From the NCBI RefSeq assembly GCF_009914755.1, contig NC_060948.1: a stretch of DNA of 64,000 bases; one strand, written 5' to 3'. This document shows, piece by piece, positions 30,801 through 43,359 of this stretch. Made by a program: the position numbers and the translations under genes. A model generated the notes under the pieces. The model made no database searches. It had not been told where the DNA came from and was given only the letters and a program-made list of their open reading frames with translations. Position 1 is the first letter of the stretch. Each line of letters starts with the position of its first letter. Origin of the DNA: the human T2T-CHM13v2.0 reference genome, Homo sapiens.

Positions 30801-32801
30801 AATTTGTATTTCCCTAATAACCAATGGTGTCGAGCATTTTTATATGTTTCCATATATCTCTATTTATTAAGTAGAACAATATAATCTACTTAATAAAAAA
30901 AATCTGATAAAACTTTAAGTAAGAAAAACAACTCTTTATATGCAGTTCCTGTTTAGGAAGTTATAATTTAAGGGTAAGGCCTTAAATATACCATCCCCTA
31001 CAATTTATTCAGAACTTTTAGTTTGAGTACACATTGCTTCCTACACATTTTATTTATGTATTTATTTCTCTTTCCAATGTGTAGTTTTCTGTTTTTTAAA
31101 TATAACTGGTTAAAATTGTCAAGTATTGATATTTGATCAGAGAATCTAGAAGTAGAGATGAAAAAGACCTATTGAGTCTCATTCCACTGTGAAAATGCAT
31201 TGACCACCCAACTGTATTTCATCAATATAAAGCTATAGTTGGGTCTATTATTCCCTGCAGAAAGAATGCCAGAGGGGCTTTTCTTATTTGGAAAAATATT
31301 TTTTTCACACGTATTACTATTTCATCCTATCATGCTTTTGCATTTGGGAGGTAAATTGAAAAGAAAGATAAATTCTTTAGCAAATGTTTCTTCTCAGGAT
31401 AATTTCTTTAAATATCTTTTACCATAAAGAAGTCATTAAGACTATCACAGAAAGTTTCAACTTCTCTATTACATGAATTTATTATTACTTAGGGGTTTAG
31501 AAAAATCTCAAACAGAACAATCTCTGCAAGCAGAGATTAGTTTTGTGAGAAACTAATGAATAGTTATGCATGAAGCAATAAATGGAAGTAAGCGTAGGTC
31601 AGAGATGTTTGTGAGAGAAATGACATCTAGAATGAGCTGAAGTAGAAAGAACCTTTTAGTTATCTCAAGGTGAGTTGATCTTTATGAAATGTTTGCTATT
31701 TGAAGCTTTATTTGAAGATACCATTCTCCAATTCACAGGAAGGAATAACTTTAGGATTAGGCTGAGTAAGTGGCTGAGTTATAAGACCAAGTGTACCAAT
31801 GGCAAGTAAATTAATCTGCAGTTCTAGAATGTGGTCAGATCAATTTACAATATCTATGTACATAGATTGACAGACTACAGATGCATCCCCTGGTGGAAAC
31901 CTCTCACATGAATCCAGGCAAACAACAGGAAGCAGATACATGCATCGTGTAGTCAGTTTACCACAGGACTACTGACTAGAACTTGATCAAGACCATTTCT
32001 TTCTGCTTGCCTGTGACTTCATAATAGTCAACATAGCTTAATGAATTAGTTATAATACTTAAATACACAAAGTGGAATGGCAAGTTTAATTATTTTTTTA
32101 TTATCCATAGTATTTGAAAGCAGTCAAGATCCTTTATGTGTTACTACTCTATAAGTTAGCAATGACATTAATGAAATTTATATAGCCAATTAGGGAGATA
32201 TAGCCAGTTATATGAAAGCATATCCTCACTGTTCTGTATGTAACAAGGCTGTGATGTGAATAAAGATACTTTCACAATGCCTGAAATGCCTCCCAGCTCT
32301 CTTCTTTTTCATTCTTTATACCACAACCTTTACCCCAGTTAAAAACTCAATGTTAAATATGTATTATATGTATATATATTTATACATAATGTTCTCATTT
32401 GGTAAAAACATTATATATTCTTTTTTTTAACTAGCACAAAACCACCATGTATAATCTTGAAATCCTACTTGTTAAACCTATATTTAATTTTATAACTTTT
32501 TTTCTGTAGAAAAAAAGGCATTTTTTTGAAACATAAGACATATGATGGTAGACAGTAAATTGCTTTAGCCTAGAAAACAAAACTAAAATGGTAACTTTCT
32601 AAAGGAGTTTTTAGAACTGTATGAAATTTGGTTTCATACAGGAAACTTTCATTGAATCAAAAGATGAGAAATATCTTCCATGGGAGATATAATCAGTGTA
32701 CTGACAGCTTTGATATGTAGCAGCTAAATTATTAGTTCCTCAGATGAACCAAATGTGTAAGCATTACTACCTTTGTAATACAATGGTAAAAGTTCAGTTT
32801 A
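27900..32801. other. 4902-bp non-L1PA genomic insert inside L1 ORF2, between 44-bp direct repeats
   Basis: 27856-27899 and 32802-32845 match at 41 of 44 positions. The insert has no poly-A and no LTR or TIR ends. Confidence 0.85.
27925..30550 (-). mobile_element. Ancient L1MC/L1MD-like 3' end and ORF2, within the insert
   Basis: ttggctcctgtgtctttttagcatg, tgtacagttctatgggttttgaaaaatgc...gtatccaccacc and antisense ORF2 motifs, all highly diverged. Confidence 0.75.
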
Positions 32802-34186
32802 TGGTCATTAGAGAAATGCAAATCAAAACTACACTTAGATACCATCTCACGCCAGTTAGAATGGCGATCATTAAAAAGTCAGGAAACAACAGATGCTGGA
32901 GAGGCTGCAGAGAAATAAGAGTGGTTTTACACTGTTGGTTAGAAAGTAAATTAGCTCAACAACTGTGCCAGACAATATGGCGATTCCTCAAGGATCTAGA
33001 ACCAGAAATACCTTTTGACCCAGCAATCCCATTACTGGGTATAATACCCAAAGGGATATAAATCATTCTATTATAAAGATACATGCACACATACATTTAT
33101 TGTAGCAATATTCACAATAGCAAAGACTTGGAACCAACCCAAATCACCATCAATGATAGACTGGATAAAAAAATGTGGTACATATACACCATGGAATACT
33201 ATGCAGCCATAAAAAGGAATGAGATCATGTCCTTTGCAGGCACATGGATGAAGCTGGAAGCCATCATCCTCAGCAAACTAACACAGGAACAGAAAAATAA
33301 ACCATAGGTTCTCACTCATAAGTGGGAGTTGAACAATGAGAACACATGGACACAGGGAAGGGAACAACACACACTGGGGCCTGTCGGAGGGGGGTGTGGC
33401 AGAGGGTAAAGCATCAAATCAAATAGCTCATGCATGTGGTGTTTAATACCTAGGTGATGGGTTGGTAGGTGCAGCAAACCACCATGGCACAGGTTTACCT
33501 ATGTAACAAACCTGCACATTCTGCACATGTACCCCAGAACCTAAAATAAAATAAATTTAAAAAAAAAGAAAAAAAATACTGTTATGTTTTGGTGTTAATA
33601 TAATTCCTTTCATAGTAGATAATTAATTAAAAATTATAAGCCTGGGTGATTAGGTGAATTGTTCTTGATTCTGACCCTCTTCAGAAGTGATGGGGATTTT
33701 TTTGTCAGTTTTATTCTTGTTGACACTCTCATCTCAGGTCCACGCTGATTTATAAAATCAATCATTTCTTCATTTTAGGGCTAATATAAAAATACAAGGA
33801 AGTATTTCTCATATGTAATATACATATACCATATACAGTGTATATATACTCTGTATGTTATATATACTTTTAATGAATTTATCTGTTGAGTTATTCTAAT
33901 TTTAGAGAGAAAATTGATCACTAAATTAAAAAGTCTACAAAATAAATTATGGTTATAGTTGAGATATGCCCCATTGGATATCTTGAAGCTCCTCCCTAGC
34001 CCATTACTTTAGGTAGATAATAATTTATCTCCTTTCCCGTGATTTGGATGATTCTGGGGAAAAAAACAGTTGAGATACATTTTCTAAACTCAAATTGCAA
34101 ATTGTGAGAAATCTATTGTCTTAATAAATAACATTTGAAAAATAAAGGTTTTTTTTGTTATTAGTTAAATTGATTTAAGATGGTAC

Positions 34187-35690
34187 TGAGAGGTGATAAC
34201 GTGCTAGCAGCCCTCACTCACTCTCAGCACCTCCTCGGCCTCGGCGTCTGCTCTAGCCATGTTTGAGGAGTCCTTCAGCCCACCGCTGCGCTGTGGTAGC
34301 CCCTCTCTGGGCTGGTCAAGGCTGGAGCCAGCTCCCTCTGCTTGTGGGGAGGTGCGGAGGGAGAGGTGCGGGCAGGAACCCGGGCTGCGCGTGGTGCTCA
34401 TGGGCCAGCGCAAGTCCCGGGTGGGCGCAGACTCAGCGAGCCCCATACTCAGAGCGACCCCGGGCATTGAGGGGCTTAGCACCCGGGCCAGCAGCTGCGG
34501 AGGGGGCGCTGGGTCCCCCAGCACTGCTGGCCCACCCGCACCACGCTCTAATGCTCGTGGGGCCTCTGCCACCTTCCCGCAGGGCAGGGCTTGGGACCTG
34601 GCAGCCCGCCATGCCCGAGCCCCCCTGCGGTGGGTTCCCGCACGGCCCAAGCCTCCCCCACAGGTGCTGCCCCCTGCTCCATGGTGCCCAGTCCCATCAA
34701 CCTCCCAAGGGCTGAGGAGTGCGGGCGCACGGTGCGGGACTGGCCGGCAGCTCTGCCCACGTCCCCTGTGTGAGATCCATTAGGTAAAGCCAGCTGGGCT
34801 CCTGAATCAGGTGGGGACTTGGAGAACTTTTAAGTCTAGCTAAAGGTTTGTAAATGCACCAATCAGCACTTTGTGTCTAACTCAAGGTTTGTAAATGCAC
34901 CAATCAGCACTTTGTGTCTAGCTCAAGATTTGTAAATGCACAAATCAGCACTGTGTCTAGCTACAGGTTTCTAAACGCACCAATCAGTGCTCTGTGACTA
35001 GCTAATCTAGTGGGGACTTGGAAAACTTTTATGTCTAGCTAGAGGGTTGTAAATGCACCAGTCAGCACTCTGTGTAGCTCAGGGATTGTAAACACAACAA
35101 TCAGCACCCTATCAAAATGGACCAATCAGCTCTCCTCTGTAAAATGGACCAATCAGCTCTCTGTAAAATGGACCAATCAGTAGGATGTGGGTGGGGCCTG
35201 ATAAGGAAATAAAAGCAGGCTGCGGGGGCAGCAGTGGCAACCCGCTGGGGTCCCCCTTCCACACTGTGGGAGCTTTGTTCTTTCCCTCTTTGCAATAAAT
35301 CTTGCTGCTGCTCACTGCTTGGGTCTGCTCTGCCTTTATGAGCTGTAACACTGACTGCAAAGCTCTGCAGCTTCACTCCTGAGGGCAGCTTCACTCCTGA
35401 GGGCAGCTTCACTCCTGAGGACAACAAGACCATGAACCCACCAGGAGGAATGGACAACTCCAGATGCACTGCCTTAATAGCTGTAACACTCATCGTGAAG
35501 GTCTGCAGCTTCACTCCTGAGGCCAGCGAGACCACGAACCCACCAGAAGGAAGAAACTCTGGACACATCTGAATATCTGAAGGAAAAAACTCCCGACACA
35601 CCATCTTTAAGAACTGTGACACTCACCGTGAGGGTCAGCGGCTTCATTCTTGAAGTCAGTGAGACCAGGAACCCACCAATTCCGGTCACA
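34187..35690 (+). mobile_element. Solo LTR12 (ERV9/HERV9 LTR; LTR12D/E-like) with 4-bp TSD
   Basis: Starts tgagaggtgataacgtgctagcagccctc and ends ccaccaattccggtcaca; GC-rich U3. TSD gtac at 34183-34186 and 35691-35694. Confidence 0.95.
34846..35215 (+). promoter_or_regulatory. LTR12 U3 enhancer/promoter: tandem CCAAT (NF-Y) repeats, GATA site and AATAAA TATA-like box
   Basis: ~41-bp repeats gtaaatgcaccaatcagcactttgtgtctagc, then (aaaatggaccaatcag)x3 and tgataaggaaataaaag. This is the established ERV9 LTR architecture; activity is not shown by the sequence. Confidence 0.75.
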
Positions 35691-38600
35691 GTACTGTGTT
35701 TAAAACTTAGAAAAAACATTAAGAGCCAGAATAAAGACAAAGTTATCCACATATGTTGTGAAATGTTACACAAACAATATAGTCAATGGACAAAATCTGA
35801 AAACACTACTTATTTCTACTTATTGGTAACCTTTCATAACTCATAGCTCTGCTATCTTTAAGTTAGTAAATTATCTATAACTTGTAGTAATAATTAATAT
35901 ATCTGGAATTTACCCACTAGCATAAGTAATGTGTAATTTTTCATTTTAAAGTCTTCAACCAACAAATAACATTGATATAAGGCATTTTTGTATTGGAAGG
36001 TTACTCTATTTCTGAATGATGAATAACCAGATTAAAGCTTGGATAGACTAAACCCCATTGGAAATTATACTCAGTAAAATTTAGAAAAAATACTTGAAAA
36101 ATAAATGAAAATATATAAAAATCAAACTTTTTAAAAATTATGAAAGCATAAATCTGCTGAATATAATTTCAACTTTTAAAAGTATAGAACCCACTTTTTC
36201 TCATGCCTTTTTTTTCTCTTCAAGTTACTACCTTTGGTCAATCATGAGCAATGTTCTTGAATATTGAAAACACATTTTAGAAATTATGTCTTTCTTGACC
36301 TTTTGAAGATATTTTCCCATTAAGAACAAATAAATAAACCTAGTGAGTAATTATTTATGTAATTTATAGGAAATAACATTTTTCTTCTTTTATGTTTATA
36401 TTTTGATAAAACAGTTTGAATCAGCTTCTAAAGGTGTATTTTCACTCTTTTAGCAAGATTAATTACCATTTTATTCCATTCTCTTCTTTATACATGTTAG
36501 TTTTCTCCTTTTTTTCTTTTCCCCAATATAATATATTTACTTAGTCCATTAATTTTTCAATGGTCTGTTCATTGTTTTCTTTTTTATGTGATCTTCTCAT
36601 TCCCTCAATACTAGCTGTACATTTTGAAAATATAAATGTTTGGTATATAATAAATATTATATGGGAAAACATAAAAGCAGTCTCCTTGAAAACAGTTTTT
36701 AAATATGTAATAAAGACCTAGGACAACCTTATATTCTCTCAATTATCATACTGACAGAAAAAATAGAATTTCATAAAACATATAATTTTTTCTTGGCAGA
36801 GTAAATCAGTAATATGAAGACATATTTTAATTTGTTTTTGAATCAAAAAGAAACCGAGTTAAAATTTTATCAACTTTTAAAAATCATTTCTGAAAGCAAG
36901 CATCAACTGAGACTAAAAAATCTACACAAGTAGATTGTTCACATTGCATTTTACTATATAATCACAGTTCAATTTGTGGCTAATTTAACTGCGTTATGAA
37001 CTTCATACATGAATAAGAGCCAAAAGCTGAAATAAATAGTTCCTTGATATGACTTCTCAACTTAACATGAGCCAGAAATGCAATGAACGATTTGAAATAT
37101 GCTAGAATTATCAAAACCTGGTTAGTGTTACTTAATATGGGACCACATATTTTGGACAAGGTGATAATGATAATTTTAAAATACATGATTTTTAACGTTG
37201 CTTACAGTTATATGAGGTTTCTCAGGTTATTTAAAGTGAATATAAGTATGATCACCATTTCTATTCTTTTATTGTTTTCTTTGTTATTTTATGTGCGTAT
37301 ATTTTTATTATCGCAGTATTTTTCAATTACCAGAATATTTTAAAATAAATTACATTATAAATATTGAACAAGCAAATATACATTTACTCACCTAAGGCTT
37401 TTTTCTAAATTTGTGCTTGGAGTTTAAAAATAAACATGGGAGAAAAAATTCAAAATAGGAACGCAAGGAATGCAACATTGATTTTAAATGTTTTATACTC
37501 TCACAAAGTAGTTTGTGCAAGTGTCACAGACACTGAATAGCTAAAATGCATAATTGCAACCTCTTTGTGAAAAACAACTAAATTTTAAAGCCAGAACAAA
37601 GAGACAACCTGGAAAGCTGTAATCAGAATTGTAGGATGAAGGTTACGTTATTTAACCTACTTCTCTAGGCTCTATAGCATATTTTATTCATTCTATAACT
37701 TCACTAGTTGGGATAAGAGATTATCTCCAGAAAATATGCATAATTGTGGCTTAGTCAGAGACTATATGAAACAATATGCCTTAATGTCAATGCCACAATA
37801 TTCTGATTTGGCAGTGCTTTTATGAGCTATCTTACAGGTACAAAGAAGATATATCTTCATACAGTTAGTAAATTGCTACTTCTTATGAACTTTTGCATGT
37901 TTTTCTTAAATAAATTGGTTTGCCTCTTGATTAAAATGAAATATCAAAGTCTGTTCAGATTATAAGCTTACTTTATTATAATAGGTTTTTAATTTCTAAT
38001 TTTCTTGCTTCTACAGAGAGAACTTTGTATTTATTGTTACCCTATGAATTGTGAAAAACACACACACACATTTTTTAAAAATTAATGGATGCATGTTTCT
38101 TGATTAACAAGAGCACTTGATTCAGGTATACATAATACACAGTTACGTTTATTTTATTATTTTTTCAAGTCATTTTTGTTATTTTTACTTTTATCTTGGA
38201 TTTGTATGTGTGTATGTGTTTGTGCATTTTCAAACAGACAGCATTTTCAATAGTCATTTGTATTGAAAAATCATTCACATATATTTTCTGTGTATATTTT
38301 GGTTTGATTCATAGAGTTAAGTGTTCTACAAAAGTGCCTTAGCTCTTTAACAGGTACTCATTTAAGTGAACACCACTGTATAATTTGTTAGTCTCCTGTG
38401 ATGATTCAAGATGTTCCTCACATTCTGGTTTGAAAAGGAATAATTTGCATATATTTTTAGAGTTGAACATGCTGAGATGTAGAGAATAAGATGTTGTCTA
38501 CTAAGACATTCATTACATATACTAGTTTTAAGAATCATTTTTAAGTTCAAAATTTAACATAGTGCAAGATAATAACTATGTTGAGAGCTACTACTGCAGT

Positions 38601-39119
38601 TCAGATGCTTTTACTTTAATATCTTTTATGCAATTTGCAAAGACACTTTTTTGAAAACAAAGCCTGCTACTGGATCTACCAAAGAAGAAATTTATTATTT
38701 AAAAGCGACTATATCTCACATTAGTAGATCAAAAGATTTCACATATTTTCACTATCTTTTATGGAATAGAATTTTGAATGTTTTACCTTAAGACTTTTTC
38801 TAATCAATTTTCAGTAACTTGAAAAACATCTAAAACAATTCCAAGAAAGGAAATGTCACCTTTACTAACACTTTTCTCCAAATGCATTTCTTCCAAAGTC
38901 ATTTCTAATTAATATATATATTTCTAATTATACATTTAATGTATGCTCATTTTAGAAAAGTAGAAAATAAAAACATAAAGAATACAATCCAACAACAGAG
39001 AAATTGGCACATATAATAATTTTGCGTATATTTCCCATTATATTTCCATTAAAATATGTTGAAATAATTAGAACTATGCTCCACGTGCAGTTTGTTTTTT
39101 GAAAACTTGCATAAACAAG

Positions 39120-39510
39120 ATCATTGTCTGGGACTTTGTCCCTGGTTCCTGAGAGGTAACTTCTAAACCCCTGGAGTTTTTCAAATGACAGAAGGTTTTT
39201 GTTATTCATTGTGGGATCTGGAACCAACCTAAGTTTATGCTAATGAGGTGCATCGTGTCAGAACACTAAATAGTTTATGGTAATAAAATGACCAGCAGAA
39301 TGGGGGCTGGTCATAAAAGAAAAAGCAAAACACCATCAGAGAGTTGGGGCTTTGGGCTACTTGATATCTTTGTCTAACCTCCAGAGAATGGAATGAGGCT
39401 GAAGATTGAGCTCAAATAACCAATTATTTGGTCAGTCATACCTATATAATGAAGCCCTCCAAAAATATGGAAACTAAAGCTCAGGTGAGTTTTCTTGGCT
39501 GGCAATGCAC
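39120..39510 (+). mobile_element. MER21-like LTR, 5' part only
   Basis: tttgtccctggttcctg...ctaaacccctggag, gtttatgctaatgaggtg and gattgagctcaa...cctatataatgaagccc. Confidence 0.75.
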
Positions 39511-40100
39511 TGTGGAAACCAAAATTAAAATTCTAAGGCCCCAAGCCATCTGAATGGACTTCCTCCTCAGACAGGGCTCTTAAAATTTAACTTGAAAGAC
39601 TGGTTCAGGCCATGATCGAAAATAGGGGTCAGACATCCTTATTATACCTCTCTGGCATTAATATCAACACAGATTTTAAGTCTGATAAAAAACATTTTAC
39701 AATCTATTCTCTCTAAAGCCTGCTACCTAGAGGCTTCATCTGCATGATAAAACTTTCACCTCCACAACCTTATTGCAACCCAGACATTCCTTTCTATTGA
39801 TCTCAGGTATTTGGATAAACTCAACCAATTGTCAATCAGAAAAATTTTAGATTTCCCTATAAGCTGGAAGACGCCCCACTTCAAGTCCACTTTTCTGGAC
39901 CAAACACATGTATTTCATAAATGTATTTGATTGAAGTCTCATGCCTCCCTAAAATGTATAAAACTAAGCTGCATCCTGACCACCTTGGGCACATGTTCTC
40001 AGGACCTACTGAGGGCTGTGTCATGGGCCGTGGCCACTCATATTTGACTCAGGATAAATCTCTTCAAATATTTTACAGATTTTGACGCTTTTCATCGATA
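39511..40100 (+). mobile_element. MER4B-like 5' LTR (ERV1)
   Basis: Starts tgtggaaaccaaaattaaaattctaaggcccc and ends tttacagattttgacgcttttcatcgata; a PBS-like sequence follows. Confidence 0.85.
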
Positions 40101-40744
40101 ATAATTTGGCACCCAAACACGTGGGGCCTCAGAGAAGACTCAGGACTCCAAAGGAGTTGCCCAAACTCAGAGCTAAGTTATCAGCAGGGGCCCATTGAAG
40201 CCTCCACGACTTTGAGCTTCTCCTCTGGTGGAACTGCTAAGTCCTCCTGAGCCCAGAACCTCCCTTTGATGAAAGGTCCTTGATTTATTCTGAGCTTTTA
40301 TTTTTGCTCTTCTAGGAAGTTGTTGTTTAAGGATCCTAATTGTAGTTCAGAGGTGCATTTTAAAGGGTCTTCTCCATTGCTTTTTCTCCCGAAATTAATC
40401 TTGATTTGGCTTGGCTGGGCGCATTTGCATGAGGAACTGTACTGTTGTTTTCATAAGTAAATGAGACTGAGTTTACTCAGCTTGGAAAAGAAAGGGCATT
40501 TTGTTCCTTCCAGCTGAAAGGCACCCTGGGTTACTGGGGGCCTCGTGGGATTGTCTGGGGTGTTGACCCTCCGTGATTTACAGCAGCCGTACAGGGAACC
40601 CCCAATGAAATTAGTTCAAAACAGGCTCGTCCTGCAAGTGTATACAGGAGCTGGTTGCTTCATACTTTGGGCCCTGCTGAAGGGGCTTAGACCTCTGGAG
40701 AGGGAAAGATACATGTAAGAGGGCAGCAATAACTCAGTGGTTAA

Positions 40745-42033
40745 TTTTACAGGATATCTGGGGTGTCAATTTTTCTTACTGGAAACCTCTATGGCCGCAG
40801 CGCCTTTGCCTGAGTTTTTGTCCTACCTCCAGGAATAATGAGGTATGCAAGCAAGTGAAAGGTGAAGAAGAAGAGTTTTATTTGATGTTAGAACAGCTCA
40901 GAGGAGTGGGTAGCTCCTCTCTATAGACAGGTTGCCCAGTGAAACGTTCAGATCTTAGCAGAGAGGAGGCTCTAGAGAGGGTGACTCCTCTCTGCAGCAA
41001 GTCATTTTGACATTGCTGCAGGTCTCTGAAGCTCTCAACAGAGAAGGTAGCACCTCTTTCATGGCAGGTTGTCTCTGCAGCTCTCTGCAGCTGGTCATCC
41101 CATCATCTCCAGCCATCAGCAGAGAGGGTACTCCTTTCTGCAGCTGGTTGTCTGCCCGTCCTCTGCTCTCTTCATCCTCTGGCCATCCTCTGCCCTGCTC
41201 TGGCTGAGCCCAGGGCTTTTATAAACCTCAGAGGGAAGGAAGTGCATGCTGATTGGTCCATGGGCAGCCATGGGTGGGCCCAGAAGAGGCACCTGAGTCC
41301 CCACTCCAGTCCTCAGGACTGGTAGCCCAGCCCCCAGCCTTCATGCCCTCCCTAGCCTGAATGTGGGGCCTTACTGGGGACCAGGCCTCTTCTGCCCAGG
41401 AACCAGTTTGCTTCCTGCTGTCATTCATGGCCCCTGGGGCTCAGCCCAAAGCCTGCTCTGAAATTGGAGAAGGTGCCCGGAGAGGAGAGTGGTCAGGCAG
41501 GTGGAAGCAGACATCCCTGAGCCTGCAGGGATGAGGGGGTCCTTCCTGGGGCCTCTGAGGGCGCAGGCTGCAGAGATGCCTGGGTCCTGTGTCTAGGAGG
41601 GCGGCCGCAGCTGCACCTGGGAGCTCCCGCCCCACCAACTGAAAAGGGGTAGGGCTCCCTCCCTCTTGTCACCGGCTCCTGCCTTCTTCCTGGAACAGAA
41701 CGCCTAGGTCTGCAGCCACAGGTGCATAGGCTGCAGCTGCACGGGGAAAGCAGATCTGGCCTGTTCCTGGCTCCGCCAAGAGCACTCAGAGGCTTGGATC
41801 CATAGCTGCAGTTTGGGTAGGTGCAGCCCCGCCCAGGAGGGTGGGGCTCCTGCTTGCTCTGTAAAGGAGGACTGGGTCTGCAGCTGCCCTTTGGGGTTTG
41901 GGCAGCTGCAGTAGCACAAGGAACTCCCTTCCCAACTCAGAAGGGGCAGGGCTTGAACTCACTCCGTAGAGTGTGTAGGCCTAGCTGGGTTTCCCTGCTG
42001 CAGCCGGCATGATGGCAGCAGCCAGTACCATCA
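40745..42033 (-). mobile_element. MER52-family solo LTR
   Basis: GC-rich. ttttacaggatatctggggtgtc...ggaaacctctatggcc at the left end and gcagccggcatgatggcagc..catca at the right end. Degenerate TSD ttaa/ctaa. Confidence 0.85.
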
Positions 42034-42086
42034 CTAACACACATTTCAACCCACTGCACAAAAGCCCTAGGCCATAGCTCAGTTCC

Positions 42087-42117
<31 letters not shown>

Positions 42118-42484
42118 GTGGGAAACAGTCTAAGAATGGGGGGGGAAAAAAAAAGAATGACCCTCCTTTGGGTCACTCCATTGGTTTTATGACACCTCTA
42201 CTTGCCAGAGTTCATATAAAATGGAAGTATTATGGTCTTTGTGCACATTTACGTTGAGGAAAAATACCCCTAAGGTAGATCTGCAAACTATAGAGTTCCT
42301 AAGTTCTGTTTTTCTCTATTTTTCTTTTCTGCCTGCTTTAAATCTGCTCTTTTTCTACTGCAATAAAAACCATTGTTTGGATTTAACAGGTTTTTTTTGT
42401 TTGTTTGTTTGTTTTTTGCAAGTTGGTGAATTTGTATTTATCTCACGGTTCTGAAGTAAAAGCTATAGGATCTCTGTGATCTGC

Positions 42485-42520
42485 GTGTGTGTGTGTGTGT
42501 GTGTGTGTTTGTGTGTGTGC
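42485..42520. repeat. (TG)n microsatellite
   Basis: Visible directly in the sequence. Confidence 0.9.
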
Positions 42521-43005
42521 GTATATTTAAAATGCCTTTATAATTTCTATAATTATATGTTTAATTGACAATTAAATCCATTTTAATTTTTTTCTAGCAC
42601 ACCAGACTTTTTTTCTTTGTAAATTTTGGTATCTGATTTTTACCTAAGAGTTGTTTCCTTTAATATTCAGAGTTAAGGCTATTTAGCTGACAACTGCCTA
42701 AGGTGGTGAATCAGGTTATCAAGAATTTGAAAGCCTATGATAGGAGAAAAAAAAAAAGAAAAAAGAAAAGGGGTCTTATGAATCTATAAGATTCATCATG
42801 CCTAATATGTCTATGTGTTTATGTGCTGTGTAAATAATATTTCACTACTAAAAATATATAAAAGTGCTCTAATTAATTGGCTTAAAAATAAAAGAATCTA
42901 AATCAAATACTTAAAAGAAAAGCCTAACTAAATGCTTTTTCAAGTTCACATGACTTAAGTAAAATCTTTAATAAATAAGTTGGCCTTAAAGTTATAGGTA
43001 AAATA

Positions 43006-43359
43006 TGTATTAGTCCGTTTTTATGTTGCTGATAAAGACATACTTGAGACTGGGAAGTAAAAGAGGTTTAATTGGACTTACAGTTCCACATGGCTGGAGA
43101 GGCCTCAGAGTCATGGCAGGAGGCAAAAGACATTTCTTACATGGTGGCAGCAAGAGAAAATGAGCTAGAAGCAAAAGTGAAAACTGCTGATAAGCCCATC
43201 AGATCTCGTGAGACTTATTCACTGTCACAAGAATAACACATGAAAGACCAGCCTCCATGATTCAATTATCTCCCCCTGGGTCCCTCCCACAACAAGTGGG
43301 AATTCTGGGAGATACAATTCAAGTTGAGATTTGAGTGGGGACACACCCAAAACATATCA
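43006..43359 (-). mobile_element. THE1C solo LTR (MaLR)
   Basis: tgtattagtccgtttt...gaggtttaattggacttacagttccacatggctgg...aaacatatca, flanked by aata on both sides. Confidence 0.9.

Larger units (their letters stand above)
21951..33570 (+). mobile_element. Full-length L1PA8/8A/10-type element split by a 4.9-kb insert; 13-bp TSD
   Basis: 5' UTR starts ggctggcagtatggccgaatagg; ORF1 and ORF2 run to 27899 and resume at 32802, then 3' UTR and poly-A. TSD aaaaaatactgtt at 21938-21950 and 33571-33583, preceded by TT (TT/AAAA endonuclease site). Confidence 0.93.

Noticed and set aside
31667-31675. Consensus splice donor AAG|GTGAGT in the unique part of the captured insert
   Set aside because: No convincing paired acceptor or reading frame was found, and such 9-mers occur by chance. 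Worth revisiting only if a donor gene is found.
34846-35180. Regularly spaced repeats resembling a CRISPR array
   Set aside because: They are tandem LTR12 U3 CCAAT repeats with no unique spacers and no cas genes, in primate DNA.
34204-35773. Overlapping 100-174 aa ORFs on both strands
   Set aside because: They are chance open frames in the GC-rich LTR12. The VKLPSG repeat just reflects the 18-bp triplication.
35700-39110. Non-repeat islands (also 20570-21940 and 60620-62270) as possible exons or conserved elements
   Set aside because: They contain only short AT-biased ORFs and no recognisable motif. Conservation or RNA data would be needed.
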